Positions 17,691-27,028 of a stretch of 64,000 nt of DNA are shown here, piece by piece; within the stretch, counting starts at the first letter, position 1, and every line of letters begins with the position of its first letter. The stretch lies in the sequence record MF158046. One strand, written 5' to 3'. The stretch is from Shigella phage Sf23. The translations under genes and the position numbers were made by a program. Under the pieces are notes generated by a model. The model did not search any database. It was not told the DNA's origin and saw nothing but the letters and a program-made list of their open reading frames with translations.

Positions 17691-19373
17691 TTAAACCATT
17701 ACAGTAAATCGACCAACTTTCTTCATTTGAAGATGCTGACCATATTCTTGCGGGTCATGGTCTTTATGCGAAATTATAAAGACATTAGTGTTTTTCATTG
17801 AATTTATAATATTAGCTACACCTTTAATACCTTCGGCATCAAATGACCCATCAAACACTTCATCGAGTATTAACGTACTAATACTAACACCAGATACAAT
17901 AGAAGCAATATCACGCCAAGTAAATAAAAGAGCAATATCAATTCGTGCTTTTTCACCTTCACTAAATGAAGCATAACTAAAATCTTCACGACCACGGGAT
18001 TTAATTGTCTCATTAAATTCTTCATCTAATGTAAACACATAATCCGCTTCCATTATTTTAAGATAATGGTTAATCTGCTTATTAAATAATGGAATGTACT
18101 TTTTAATAATAGCACCTTTAATACCAGAATCTTTGAGCATATCAGTCAAAATTCCTCGGTGGTATTTTTCCATTACTAAATTAGTTTTTGTCTTAACAAT
18201 TTTATCAAGTTCTTCTTGAAGCAGTGCTATTTCATCAGCATGGTCAATAAACTCAGAAGATGCTTTTTCTATAGCTGCTTTAACTTTTTTAGCTTTATCT
18301 ACCGTCGTGATTAGAGATTGCTTTTTATTGCGAATATCATTTGCCAACGACTGTTGGGTTTTAATATTATCTCGGTATTCATCAACAAGAACTTTTAAAT
18401 TATCACGATGTGTTGAAAGCTGTTCAAACGAATGCGTACATTCAGAAACTTTATCTTTAATTTTAGAAACAACTTTATCACCGGAACTTAATTGTGACAA
18501 ACAGGTTGGACATAATCCACCTTCGTGATACATATTAATGACTTTATTATACGAGTCAATTTTTGATTTAATTAAAACTGCTTCTTGACCGATTTTATTA
18601 AATGCATCAGTCGGGTCTTCGTCTAAAACAATATTAACTAATCTTTCATTAGCTTCTTCTATTTCCGATTTTAGCGTTCTAGCTTCTTTTGCCAAATCAT
18701 CATACATATTTTGCAGACGAGTAAGGTTGTCACCCGTTAATTTTTTCTGGCGTTCAACGTTATCATTATATATTTTAATTTGTTGGATAATACTATCTTT
18801 TTTAACGTCAAGCACTTGGTTTTGTGAATTTAATTCACGTATTAGTGCTTTATTAAGCTTATCCATTTCAGCTAATGTTCCTACCTCGAGCAGGTCTTCC
18901 ACAAGCTTTCTTCGCGCGGGGGTCGACAAACCCATGAAAGGGGTATACCCTGCTGTACCAAGGACAACAATCTGCTTGAAACTGGCATATGACATTCCGA
19001 TAAGCTGTTCAAATTCTGCTTGGAAATCTTTACTGCTGGCAGATTCATTAAGACGTGTACCGTTAACGGTGATTTCGAAAACGTTTGGTTTTTGTCCTCT
19101 TTTGATATAGTACTTTTTCTCATCATATTCCATCCACAGTTCAACTAAAAGTTCTTTCTTATTTGTGCTGTTTATTAATTGACCTTTCTTTACATCACGA
19201 AATGGCTTGCCAAAAAGCCCAAATGTGATGGCTTCTAACATAGTAGACTTACCACCGCCATTTCGGCCAGTAATAAGAGTTTTTTGAACCTTATCTAATT
19301 GAATGTCAATAGGATTTCCACCTACTGACATTATATTTTGATACCTAACTCGGTTTAGTTTAAAATTCTTCAC
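17691..19373 (-). CDS. 46: recombination endonuclease subunit gp46 (Rad50/SbcC-like ATPase)
   Basis: 560 aa as in T4; Walker A GRNGGGKST, zinc hook CPTC, signature FSEGE, Walker B LILDEVFD. Confidence 0.93.
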   Translation of the reverse strand: MKNFKLNRVRYQNIMSVGGNPIDIQLDKVQKTLITGRNGGGKSTMLEAITFGLFGKPFRDVKKGQLINSTNKKELLVELWMEYDEKKYYIKRGQKPNVFEITVNGTRLNESASSKDFQAEFEQLIGMSYASFKQIVVLGTAGYTPFMGLSTPARRKLVEDLLEVGTLAEMDKLNKALIRELNSQNQVLDVKKDSIIQQIKIYNDNVERQKKLTGDNLTRLQNMYDDLAKEARTLKSEIEEANERLVNIVLDEDPTDAFNKIGQEAVLIKSKIDSYNKVINMYHEGGLCPTCLSQLSSGDKVVSKIKDKVSECTHSFEQLSTHRDNLKVLVDEYRDNIKTQQSLANDIRNKKQSLITTVDKAKKVKAAIEKASSEFIDHADEIALLQEELDKIVKTKTNLVMEKYHRGILTDMLKDSGIKGAIIKKYIPLFNKQINHYLKIMEADYVFTLDEEFNETIKSRGREDFSYASFSEGEKARIDIALLFTWRDIASIVSGVSISTLILDEVFDGSFDAEGIKGVANIINSMKNTNVFIISHKDHDPQEYGQHLQMKKVGRFTVMV

Positions 19374-19585
19374 AAAAGATTCCTTTTAATGTATCTTTTA
19401 GACCATTCTATCATATCATCATAATCTAAAAAGTATTCATCAAATTCAGCCATGCAAACAACACCTTGTGCTGCTTTTGATGTGATATAAATTATTCCAA
19501 CATATCTAGAATCTTCTTCGGTATAATCAATATTTGCTATGAATTCATCATTAATGTCAAATGTCGAAAACTTCACAGTATGCAT
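19370..19585 (-). CDS. hypothetical protein (46.1-position)
   Basis: ORF coupled to gp46 start (ATGA); start chosen at internal ATG with AAGG upstream. Confidence 0.45.
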   Translation of the reverse strand: MHTVKFSTFDINDEFIANIDYTEEDSRYVGIIYITSKAAQGVVCMAEFDEYFLDYDDMIEWSKRYIKRNLL

Positions 19586-19820
19586 CCTTAATACAAGATA
19601 CAGCCATATCTCGTAATGATTTAGGTGTGTCATTATCTAAAATGTTGAAGTTAAAAGATACAGCCCAGTCAGTGCAGACTGTAACCTTTTTAATACAATT
19701 ATCTTCAACCTCTAGCGGTTCAAACCAATATTCAATAATTTCTTTATGACCAATATCATCTTTTACTTCGCATTCAAAATGCTGACTCATCATAACATTT
19801 TTAAATTCATCAAAAGTCAT
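19557..19820 (-). CDS. hypothetical protein (46.2-position, 87 aa)
   Basis: ORF coupled to gp47 stop. Confidence 0.5.
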   Translation of the reverse strand: MTFDEFKNVMMSQHFECEVKDDIGHKEIIEYWFEPLEVEDNCIKKVTVCTDWAVSFNFNILDNDTPKSLRDMAVSCIKDAYCEVFDI

Positions 19821-20836
19821 TGTGTTGCCTCTACATATAGCTGATTCGCATATTGAATAAGTGCTTCACGGTCAGAATCAGTGATGTCTGGAATTGCATT
19901 AATGTATTCTTCCATCAACGTCTGAAGAGATTGAACTTCAACTTCTTCACTTTCATCTGACTCGACAGAGTTATCAATTTTTGACACAACTCGTAATGAA
20001 TGCACAACTTTCTCTAGTTCAGATTCGAACTTCGTCAGATTTTTGTCTACTTCAGTTACTATAACACGTACTGATAGATTTGTAAAATCTTTATAGTCAA
20101 TTTTTCCTTTAAATGGATAATGAATTCTACGATGCCAGGTAGTATTGTTTGGAATAAATTCCATTCGTTCTGTTTCTGTATCAAACATCCAGAACCCACG
20201 AGGGTCATTCTCGTCACCTGCAGTTAGTGTCCATGGTGTCCCAATATATCTAACGTTAGCAGCCTCAGAGATAGTATGGAAGTGACCAGACCACACTTCT
20301 TTATAAGTCTTAAGGAAATCAGGTTCAAGACCATGAGATTTCATTCCTTTATAAAAATAAAATCCATTCAGTTCCCAGTGACCAACACAAAAAGAAGCAG
20401 ATGAAGTTTTGATGTGTTCAAGAATTTCACCAGTATTTTCTTCACACATCCAAGGAATTAAATCAATTAAACATCCGTCAAAATCTACTGTAGTAGGCTT
20501 ATCATATACTTTAACATTAGGATATTTAGCCAAAAGCTCAGTAGAAGCATTTGGATGCATTACATTTTTGTAGTGAAGATCGTGATTTCCTACAATAGTA
20601 TGTAGGGTAATACCAGCATCATCAAGCATTTGAACTATTTCACGAGCAAACTCCATAGTTTTATGCGTGATCGCTTTTCGCACATCAAAAATATCACCGT
20701 ATTGAATCCATACCGTAATTCCATTTTTCTTAGAATATTCTATCGCTTGCTTAATTCCATCAATTTGAATACCGCGAATCCACTCATCATCAGCTTTAAC
20801 GCCTAAATGCCAATCACCTAAATTTAAAATTTTCAT
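19817..20836 (-). CDS. 47: recombination nuclease subunit gp47 (Mre11/SbcD-like phosphoesterase)
   Basis: 339 aa as in T4; calcineurin-like motifs (DWH, GDIFD, GNHD, GHFH). Confidence 0.93.
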   Translation of the reverse strand: MKILNLGDWHLGVKADDEWIRGIQIDGIKQAIEYSKKNGITVWIQYGDIFDVRKAITHKTMEFAREIVQMLDDAGITLHTIVGNHDLHYKNVMHPNASTELLAKYPNVKVYDKPTTVDFDGCLIDLIPWMCEENTGEILEHIKTSSASFCVGHWELNGFYFYKGMKSHGLEPDFLKTYKEVWSGHFHTISEAANVRYIGTPWTLTAGDENDPRGFWMFDTETERMEFIPNNTTWHRRIHYPFKGKIDYKDFTNLSVRVIVTEVDKNLTKFESELEKVVHSLRVVSKIDNSVESDESEEVEVQSLQTLMEEYINAIPDITDSDREALIQYANQLYVEATQ

Positions 20837-20993
20837 ATATCAAGAACCGTCATTGAAATGCAAAATAAAATTATTGAAATAAACCCATCTGGTGTGCTAA
20901 AGAACCCAATCCAACATGCTCTAGTGAATAGATAAAATGCGAGAAAAAGTATCACATATCCAAGAAATATCATTATATCAAACTCCGTATAAA

Positions 20994-21016
20994 GCTAAAG
21001 GGCCGAAGCCCTTTAT
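20994..21016 (-). terminator. hairpin terminator after a-gt
   Basis: AAAGGGCTTCGGCCCTTT overlapping the a-gt stop. Confidence 0.55.
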
Positions 21017-22215
21017 TTTGTAATAATGTCAAACTGTTCTTTAAAGCAGAAGCTTGAATCTTGGTGCTGATACAAAAATTCATATGCTTTTTCTCGCTCA
21101 CGGTCATAAAGAGTTCGGTCAGATGACAGTTCTTTAATACGTTCAAATGTTGATTCCATGTCATTTTCATCAAACCAAATGATACCGCTATCATGCGAGG
21201 TCAAAGGAGTATTATCAACACGGAATTTTAAATTTTCGCCAGTAGATTTCCAAAATACTGGAATTGTTCCACATGCACCAAGCTCGAGATGAGTATATTC
21301 TAAAGAACGTTGTAGATATTTTTTATCCAACTTACTCAACTGATAACCAAAACCGGATTTACTCATACGTTCAAGCATTTCGCTATTTACATAACGGTCA
21401 AGAATTTGCGTTGGCAAATTAGGAGCAATTTTAATTTGGTCTACTTGATGAAGACGATAATACTCGTATGGAATTCCTTTTTCTTTAATAGGAATGAACG
21501 CTGGAGAACGTTCCAGACCTTCCATAATAGTACTTAGTCCTGCAGGTTTAAGATGTTTTTCGTGAAAATCAAACATCTGATAAAAACCTTTCCATGTAGT
21601 CGTACGACCAATCCAACGGTTGATATTCATGTTAATTTCAGAAACATCTTTCCAGTAAGTTGACCGAACCTTCGCAATATCCATAGGAGGCTGAAAGTTA
21701 TATACGGTCGGTGCTTCTTCAATATCATCAAACAGAGAAACAGTTTCTGGATACCACTCTTTCATCAGAACTTTATTAAAATCACCATTATCAGAATGGC
21801 TAAAAATAACATCAGCTCGACGAACAGTTTCTTCTAATCCCAAATTTCGACGCAAAGAAAGAGAAGAATGGTCATGTTGATAAACTACAACACGAACAGA
21901 AGGTTTAATGTTATCAATAATTTTTTTATAGTTATTAATAGTGTCTTCTTCAACCGAAGTAGCAGGAACTGAATTGATAATTAGAATATCACAATCATTT
22001 ACCAGCTTAAATGTTTTATCATATTCTTTTGCCAATAAAACCGGAATTGAAAATGATTTATAATCATGCGCGCAATTACGAGTAAATGATTTATCTTTAG
22101 CATAAACCAAAGTTACTTCATGACCATTTTTAATAAACCAATCACGTTGCTCGAGTGAGAATTTTGTTACACCACAACCTTCAAGACCTCGAGCCATAAA
22201 AATACATACTTTCAT
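21013..22215 (-). CDS. agt: DNA alpha-glucosyltransferase
   Basis: 400 aa as in T4 a-gt; N-terminus matches recalled T4 AGT (CIFMARGLEGCGVTKFSLEQRDWFIKNGH). Confidence 0.9.
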   Translation of the reverse strand: MKVCIFMARGLEGCGVTKFSLEQRDWFIKNGHEVTLVYAKDKSFTRNCAHDYKSFSIPVLLAKEYDKTFKLVNDCDILIINSVPATSVEEDTINNYKKIIDNIKPSVRVVVYQHDHSSLSLRRNLGLEETVRRADVIFSHSDNGDFNKVLMKEWYPETVSLFDDIEEAPTVYNFQPPMDIAKVRSTYWKDVSEINMNINRWIGRTTTWKGFYQMFDFHEKHLKPAGLSTIMEGLERSPAFIPIKEKGIPYEYYRLHQVDQIKIAPNLPTQILDRYVNSEMLERMSKSGFGYQLSKLDKKYLQRSLEYTHLELGACGTIPVFWKSTGENLKFRVDNTPLTSHDSGIIWFDENDMESTFERIKELSSDRTLYDREREKAYEFLYQHQDSSFCFKEQFDIITK

Positions 22216-22268
22216 TTAATATCCTCTTTGTTTTGGTTTATTTTACCAAAAATTTATAAAGCAATATA

Positions 22269-22282
22269 GGAGCCGAAGCTCC
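22269..22282 (-). terminator. hairpin (UUCG loop), possible terminator/RNA stability element
   Basis: GGAGCTTCGGCTCC; weak T tract. Confidence 0.4.
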
Positions 22283-22458
22283 TATCCACATAATACGCCA
22301 TACAGAGGCTCATTAGAACTTTTAAATTTTATGCGCTTATATGTTATAGTTCCTTCTGCTTTAGCTTTATCATGAGACTCTTTAAAGCGTCTCATCATTT
22401 CCTCTTTAGAGGAACGAATTTTATTATAATCTATTTCAGAAGTCTGGGTGTTCATCTT

Positions 22459-22665
22459 TCATAATTGCCACCATTTTTTGACTTGATAAGAATCAACCCA
22501 CACTTTCATATTAGGGTCTGCTCTTACAATAGGAGGATTAACTTCTTTAATTGAACTATCATGGTATTCTTTTTCAGAAATTTTCACACAAAGATGACCA
22601 TTCAAAGATTCAGTAAATCCTGCATTAATTTTAAGACGCTTGAATTTTACGTGTGTAAGCATCAA
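22459..22665 (-). CDS. hypothetical protein (68 aa)
   Basis: ORF in a-gt/55 interval. Confidence 0.4.
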   Translation of the reverse strand: MMLTHVKFKRLKINAGFTESLNGHLCVKISEKEYHDSSIKEVNPPIVRADPNMKVWVDSYQVKKWWQL

Positions 22666-22948
22666 TCATATCCTCAATCTGCGATCTAGTAGTCTTCCAA
22701 AGAATACTGATGAGTTCATCGTTATATGGCTGTTTTAGAATATCCCGACTTTTCTTGATAGCATATTCGTATTGAGCAAAATTATTATTTTCAGCTGCGA
22801 TCTGAGCGTGCTTATAAAGACGATTCAGTTCGCGTTTGTTTTTAGACAATAACTTATTTGCTTTTCTTTCTGCTTCAAGACGGTTCTTTTCTTCAATAGA
22901 AGAAATAAGCTTTTCCACTTCATCATTAATTTCGGGTTTATCAGTCAT
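22631..22948 (-). CDS. hypothetical protein (105 aa)
   Basis: ORF in a-gt/55 interval, predicted helical. Confidence 0.5.
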   Translation of the reverse strand: MTDKPEINDEVEKLISSIEEKNRLEAERKANKLLSKNKRELNRLYKHAQIAAENNNFAQYEYAIKKSRDILKQPYNDELISILWKTTRSQIEDMIDAYTRKIQAS

Positions 22949-22949
22949 A

Positions 22950-23168
22950 TTATTTCTCTAATATAAAATAAAAATCATCATCTGTTAAATGATACCGATA
23001 GTTTAATTCTACACCATTAGATTTAAAAGCGGTATCATACGGATTTTCTGGATCAATATCAATGTCAAGAGCTAAAACTTCCCTGAGATACATTTTAAGT
23101 AAATAGGGAATAGCTTCAACTTCAGGTATTTCTTCCAAGAATCCGGAGAGGTTAATCGTTAGCCTCAT
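22950..23168 (-). CDS. hypothetical protein (72 aa)
   Basis: ORF immediately downstream of 55. Confidence 0.5.
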
Positions 23169-23709
23169 ATAAAAAATCCAAACTAGGAGAATCGTCTACA
23201 ACACTTTTCTTTTCAGCCCCCGGTGTTCTATAGGTTGATTCTTCGTAATGCGTCATTTTATCGTAGATGTCTTGAATAAAAGTTTCATCTACTAACGCAA
23301 CCATATCGTCGTCACGGCTGTCATAGACATTGTGAACGAAGTAACTATATTTCTTTGCAACTTCCTTACGTTCTTTTTTAATACGCTGGACGAATGCATT
23401 AAAACAAGCTTGAGTTATATATGCATGTGGGTTTTTATATTTCGTTTCATCAAAATTGTGAAGCCCCTTAATAGAAGCTTCTATACCATCTGCAATCATT
23501 TCTTGTTTCCAAGACTGGGTGTATCCTGAAAAGTTGAAACGCTTAGATAAGCCTTCTGCAATAAGCATAATGGCTAATCCGATAGTATCATTCTGACGAA
23601 CTACTTTATTTGGATCTTTATTATTTGCTAATTCTGTTTTCCAATCAATAATAGCTTGTAAAAGCTCTTTATTGTTTACGTAATTATATTTAGGCTTAGT
23701 TTCTGACAT
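23152..23709 (-). CDS. 55: late sigma factor gp55
   Basis: 185 aa from ATG MSETKPK (T4 gp55 is 185 aa); sigma region-2-like segment. Confidence 0.9.
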
Positions 23710-23787
23710 TTTCACCTCTTAGCTCAATTCATAGATCTATTATATCATAATATTTGAAGATCTATCTTAAAGCATAGAGGATATCAG

Positions 23788-24057
23788 TTATCTAAGTAAA
23801 CAGTATGCTTGGAATACTTTTTCCATCATCTTTTTAAATTCATGAATATCTATATAATGACTAGTTAGATCAGCATGATATAAAAAGTCTAAAAACTTTT
23901 CATGTGTACTAACATATTCGCTTTCATTTAATTCAGAAACATGGCTTTCCCAATATCCAACACCAGTCTTATTTGGGAAAAATGAAATTTTCATGTATTG
24001 GTCAACATAGAAAATGCCATAATTTTCAATAGTAATAGAAATATTAATAAATTTCAT
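23788..24057 (-). CDS. hypothetical protein (89 aa)
   Basis: ORF in 55-nrdH accessory block. Confidence 0.45.
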   Translation of the reverse strand: MKFINISITIENYGIFYVDQYMKISFFPNKTGVGYWESHVSELNESEYVSTHEKFLDFLYHADLTSHYIDIHEFKKMMEKVFQAYCLLR

Positions 24058-24269
24058 ACATTCATCAACTTAGCCGCTTCAAGAGCTGCATCTAGTGAAT
24101 CAAATTGGTCAACATATTCAATCAATTCGCCATAATTGGCATATAACCACCATTGGCTAAATTCATACTCAAGGATGAATCCATTTCCTTCAATTTGAGT
24201 TAAACCATTGCCGTTTGTATTTACTTCATATCCGGCAAGACGCAAATCGTTAATAAGAGCTTCGTTCAT
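24054..24269 (-). CDS. hypothetical protein (71 aa)
   Basis: ORF coupled to neighbours. Confidence 0.5.
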   Translation of the reverse strand: MNEALINDLRLAGYEVNTNGNGLTQIEGNGFILEYEFSQWWLYANYGELIEYVDQFDSLDAALEAAKLMNV

Positions 24270-24271
24270 AA

Positions 24272-24598
24272 TTATACCTTAGTAATTTTCAGGTCTGCAA
24301 ATTTTTTCTTGCGTTGATTTTTCATGCGACGAATAGTTTTATCGGAAATTTCATGCTTTTGATAAGCTTTAGATTCTACACCAAAAGCTTTAACATCAAA
24401 TTCTGACAAGATATATTGAACCAACAATTCACGGACAGTATTGCGTCCAATCTTCTGATCATTCTGTTTCATCGTCTGATGAAGCTCTTTTTCCCATTTA
24501 TCCAAAATTTGAGGAGTTACAATATCGCCTTTTTCTAGCAAAGAAATTACTTTATCATATGCGTAAGAATTAATGACGTTTTTAATTTGAATAGTCAT
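24272..24598 (-). CDS. hypothetical protein (108 aa)
   Basis: ORF with terminator hairpin (24634..24650) upstream. Confidence 0.5.
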   Translation of the reverse strand: MTIQIKNVINSYAYDKVISLLEKGDIVTPQILDKWEKELHQTMKQNDQKIGRNTVRELLVQYILSEFDVKAFGVESKAYQKHEISDKTIRRMKNQRKKKFADLKITKV

Positions 24599-24633
24599 AC
24601 ATTATCCTCAATTACGTTAAAATTTTATTATCC

Positions 24634-24650
24634 AAAAAGGGCCGAAGCCC
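24634..24650 (-). terminator. rho-independent terminator
   Basis: GGGCTTCGGCCC followed by TTTTT on the minus strand. Confidence 0.65.
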
Positions 24651-24851
24651 TTAGCTAAACTTTTTGGCACCCTTCCAGCCTTCATACATCATTGCGGCTG
24701 ATATTAATATTGCTCCTGAGCAACTTGAATATTTGTGATTCCAAAACCAGTTTAGAAAAACTTCATCATCAATACCTTGGGCTATCATATTTTCAAAGAA
24801 CTGACGACGAGATTCGGCAATTCGTTGTGATAATTTAGATTCAGGATTCAT
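24651..24851 (-). CDS. hypothetical protein (66 aa)
   Basis: ORF ending just before the GGGCCGAAGCCC terminator. Confidence 0.45.
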   Translation of the reverse strand: MNPESKLSQRIAESRRQFFENMIAQGIDDEVFLNWFWNHKYSSCSGAILISAAMMYEGWKGAKKFS

Positions 24852-24990
24852 TTAAATTTTCCAGTTACCATTTTCATCAATAAATTTAATCCAGTCATTT
24901 ACTGACCACTTAGTTGTATCGCCTTTTGGAGTAACATTTAAAGTATATAGCCCTTGCTTAAAAAGCATTCGTTTGATATTCATATTTTCC

Positions 24991-25323
24991 TCAGCTGTAA
25001 CGATAACACTCGTTTGATTTACGTTTAGCAACTCGTTGAGAAGTATTATAATCAAAATCATCGTCAATGTAAACTGATTTTTTCAACTTTCTTACTTCAC
25101 CACGTAATTGGCGATTTAGCTCATCTTTAACTTCTGAATCAATGCCTTTCATTCTACGCCATTTATCTGAGCGAAAAATGTTTTCAACCATATCTTTATG
25201 ACTTACCCCATCAGGAGCTTTACGCTTTCCGAAATAGTCATAATCACGCACTTTTAAGTCTTTACGACGATACGTTTTACCCATGGAGTTTAATTTCCTT
25301 AGCAACTGAACTAAATGCAGCAC
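24991..25323 (-). CDS. hypothetical basic protein (110 aa)
   Basis: ORF; Lys/Arg-rich. Confidence 0.45.
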   Translation of the reverse strand: MLHLVQLLRKLNSMGKTYRRKDLKVRDYDYFGKRKAPDGVSHKDMVENIFRSDKWRRMKGIDSEVKDELNRQLRGEVRKLKKSVYIDDDFDYNTSQRVAKRKSNECYRYS

Positions 25324-25459
25324 GATCGCAAATCATGCGTTTATGTAACTTGAGTATAATATAGCAAACTTCAAAACTATTTACATGAGTAACACGAACA
25401 GCATTACTATTAATGAGATAATACTGTCCCTTTTTAATTTCTTTATCAACCACAACCAT
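25277..25459 (-). CDS. hypothetical protein (60 aa)
   Basis: Small ORF overlapping the start of the next ORF. Confidence 0.35.
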   Translation of the reverse strand: MVVVDKEIKKGQYYLINSNAVRVTHVNSFEVCYIILKLHKRMICDRAAFSSVAKEIKLHG

Positions 25460-25600
25460 ATCAAATCCTCAAAGGTAATTCATATGTTAATAATACCACG
25501 GTTTGAACTTGTTGTAAACAACTTTGTGAAAAATATTTCAGGGAATGATAAGAAAGGAACGATAGCTTAGAATGGTAATATACAGAATGTAAGAAAGAAA

Positions 25601-25614
25601 GGCCCAGAGGGCCC
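25601..25614 (-). terminator. hairpin after nrdH
   Basis: GGGCCCTCTGGGCC followed by a T-rich stretch. Confidence 0.45.
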
Positions 25615-25617
25615 ATC

Positions 25618-25929
25618 TTAGTCTTCTATGATATCTCTATCATATCCAAGTGAAATGAGAGTTTCTTTGAAGTGTTTAATGTTCTTTTGTCTGGAATCAT
25701 TAATGAAAATGACTGGATAACGAATGTTAAGAGATGCGAATCCAGCGCGTTTAGCAAGAGATACAATCAGTTGACGATCATACTCAATCTTACCATTATT
25801 TGTAAGAACTTTATAGAAAGTAAAAGGAGCATTGAGCTCCTTTAGAAGTTTTGTAACTGATTGACATCCAGGACAACGACCAACTTCATCTGGAATTCCG
25901 TAGACTTCAATCTTATTCTTTAAGTTCAA
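25618..25929 (-). CDS. nrdH: glutaredoxin-like protein NrdH
   Basis: Redox motif CPGCQS; located upstream of nrdG-nrdD as in T4. True start probably a TTG near 25929; track ORF extends to 26070 through a non-ATG start. Confidence 0.7.
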   Translation of the reverse strand: MNLKNKIEVYGIPDEVGRCPGCQSVTKLLKELNAPFTFYKVLTNNGKIEYDRQLIVSLAKRAGFASLNIRYPVIFINDSRQKNIKHFKETLISLGYDRDIIED

Positions 25930-26224
25930 GTTTTGTTCCACGAGAAATAATTCCTTGGTAAGCCCAATAAGGAGGATTAACAGAATCCTCACCAGAGTTT
26001 TCTTCAGGAAAATAAACCTGGATAACGAAGCCGGATTCATCAAAGGTAAAATAAACCGTAGGCAGTTCACCTAACAAATCGGCACGAGCGTTGATTTCTT
26101 CGAGGTCTTGTTCACGTCCAGCCCAGAAGCTTGGGTTCAGACTACATTCATAGAAATAATAGTCATTACCGAACATATCAAAACCATTCCAACTCTCTAC
26201 TACATACCGCTCAAAACTAATCAT
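25913..26224 (-). CDS. hypothetical protein (103 aa)
   Basis: ORF between nrdG and nrdH. Confidence 0.5.
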   Translation of the reverse strand: MISFERYVVESWNGFDMFGNDYYFYECSLNPSFWAGREQDLEEINARADLLGELPTVYFTFDESGFVIQVYFPEENSGEDSVNPPYWAYQGIISRGTKLELKE

Positions 26225-26226
26225 AA

Positions 26227-26442
26227 TTAATCCTTTTTATCAAGAACCGCATTCAGCTTGTTAGTAATTTTATCCAGACGCTCATTGAACTCACTAGAAG
26301 ATAAGCCCTTTTCTGGAGAAATTAAACTAATCACGAAAAATACAACAATAAAAGGAATAAGAAAAATAGCTCCAACTGCCATAAACAGAAAGAGCGTTAC
26401 AGTTGTAAGAAAATCAGCTAAACCTTTACGAAATTTATACAT
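26227..26442 (-). CDS. small membrane protein (71 aa)
   Basis: Predicted TM helix FLFMAVGAIFLIPFIVVFFVISLI. Confidence 0.5.
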   Translation of the reverse strand: MYKFRKGLADFLTTVTLFLFMAVGAIFLIPFIVVFFVISLISPEKGLSSSEFNERLDKITNKLNAVLDKKD

Positions 26443-26557
26443 ATTTTACCCTTAATTGATTAACCAAGCATTGATAAGCACTAAACTATATTGCGAATAA
26501 AATTCTGGACCAAAATGAAAAATCATATCATTTATAGTGTCCATAATATAATTCAAT

Positions 26558-27028
26558 TTAATCATGTTTCCACACCCCATCGGTATTTGACCAAAGTCGC
26601 TGATTATCTGATCCTCGCCACAGCTTTTTAGTCGGAAGATTTTTCTCATACTTCCCATCAATAATAACATCAACATATTTAAGCATTTCTAGTTGTTTAA
26701 TATCTTCAAACTTATATCCTGTCCACAACCAAATGCTTTTATTGGGATAAAGATTTTTTACTGTTTGAACCACAGAGTGAATCACGTCTCTGTTATCAGG
26801 ATAAAGAGGGTCACCTCCGGTTATAGTTAATCCTTCTATATAATCATTATTCAAACATTCAATTAATTGTTCTAGTGTTTCACCAGTGAATGGAATACCA
26901 TTTCTAGCATTCCATGTTGATTTATTATAACACCCTTCGCATTTATGCAAACAACCTGTAACGAAAAGAACGACCCTGCATCCAGGGCCATTCACAAAAT
27001 CGCAAGGATAAAATCTATCATAATTCAT
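26558..27028 (-). CDS. nrdG: anaerobic ribonucleotide reductase activating protein NrdG (radical SAM)
   Basis: 156 aa as in T4; Cys cluster CLHKCEGC. Confidence 0.9.
   Translation of the reverse strand: MNYDRFYPCDFVNGPGCRVVLFVTGCLHKCEGCYNKSTWNARNGIPFTGETLEQLIECLNNDYIEGLTITGGDPLYPDNRDVIHSVVQTVKNLYPNKSIWLWTGYKFEDIKQLEMLKYVDVIIDGKYEKNLPTKKLWRGSDNQRLWSNTDGVWKHD

Noticed and set aside
4410-19110. Plus-strand ORFs embedded antisense in minus-strand genes (e.g. 4410..4685, 5740..5970, 8237..8524, 12667..12954, 16315..16731, 18727..19110)
   Set aside because: Each lies wholly inside a confidently identified minus-strand gene (61.2-like, 41, uvsX, 43, 45, 46), has no ribosome binding site, and has low-complexity composition typical of antisense shadows in AT-rich DNA.
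20973-21194. 73-aa ORF overlapping the 3' end of a-gt
   Set aside because: Out-of-frame overlap with the 400-aa a-gt gene; no independent start signal.
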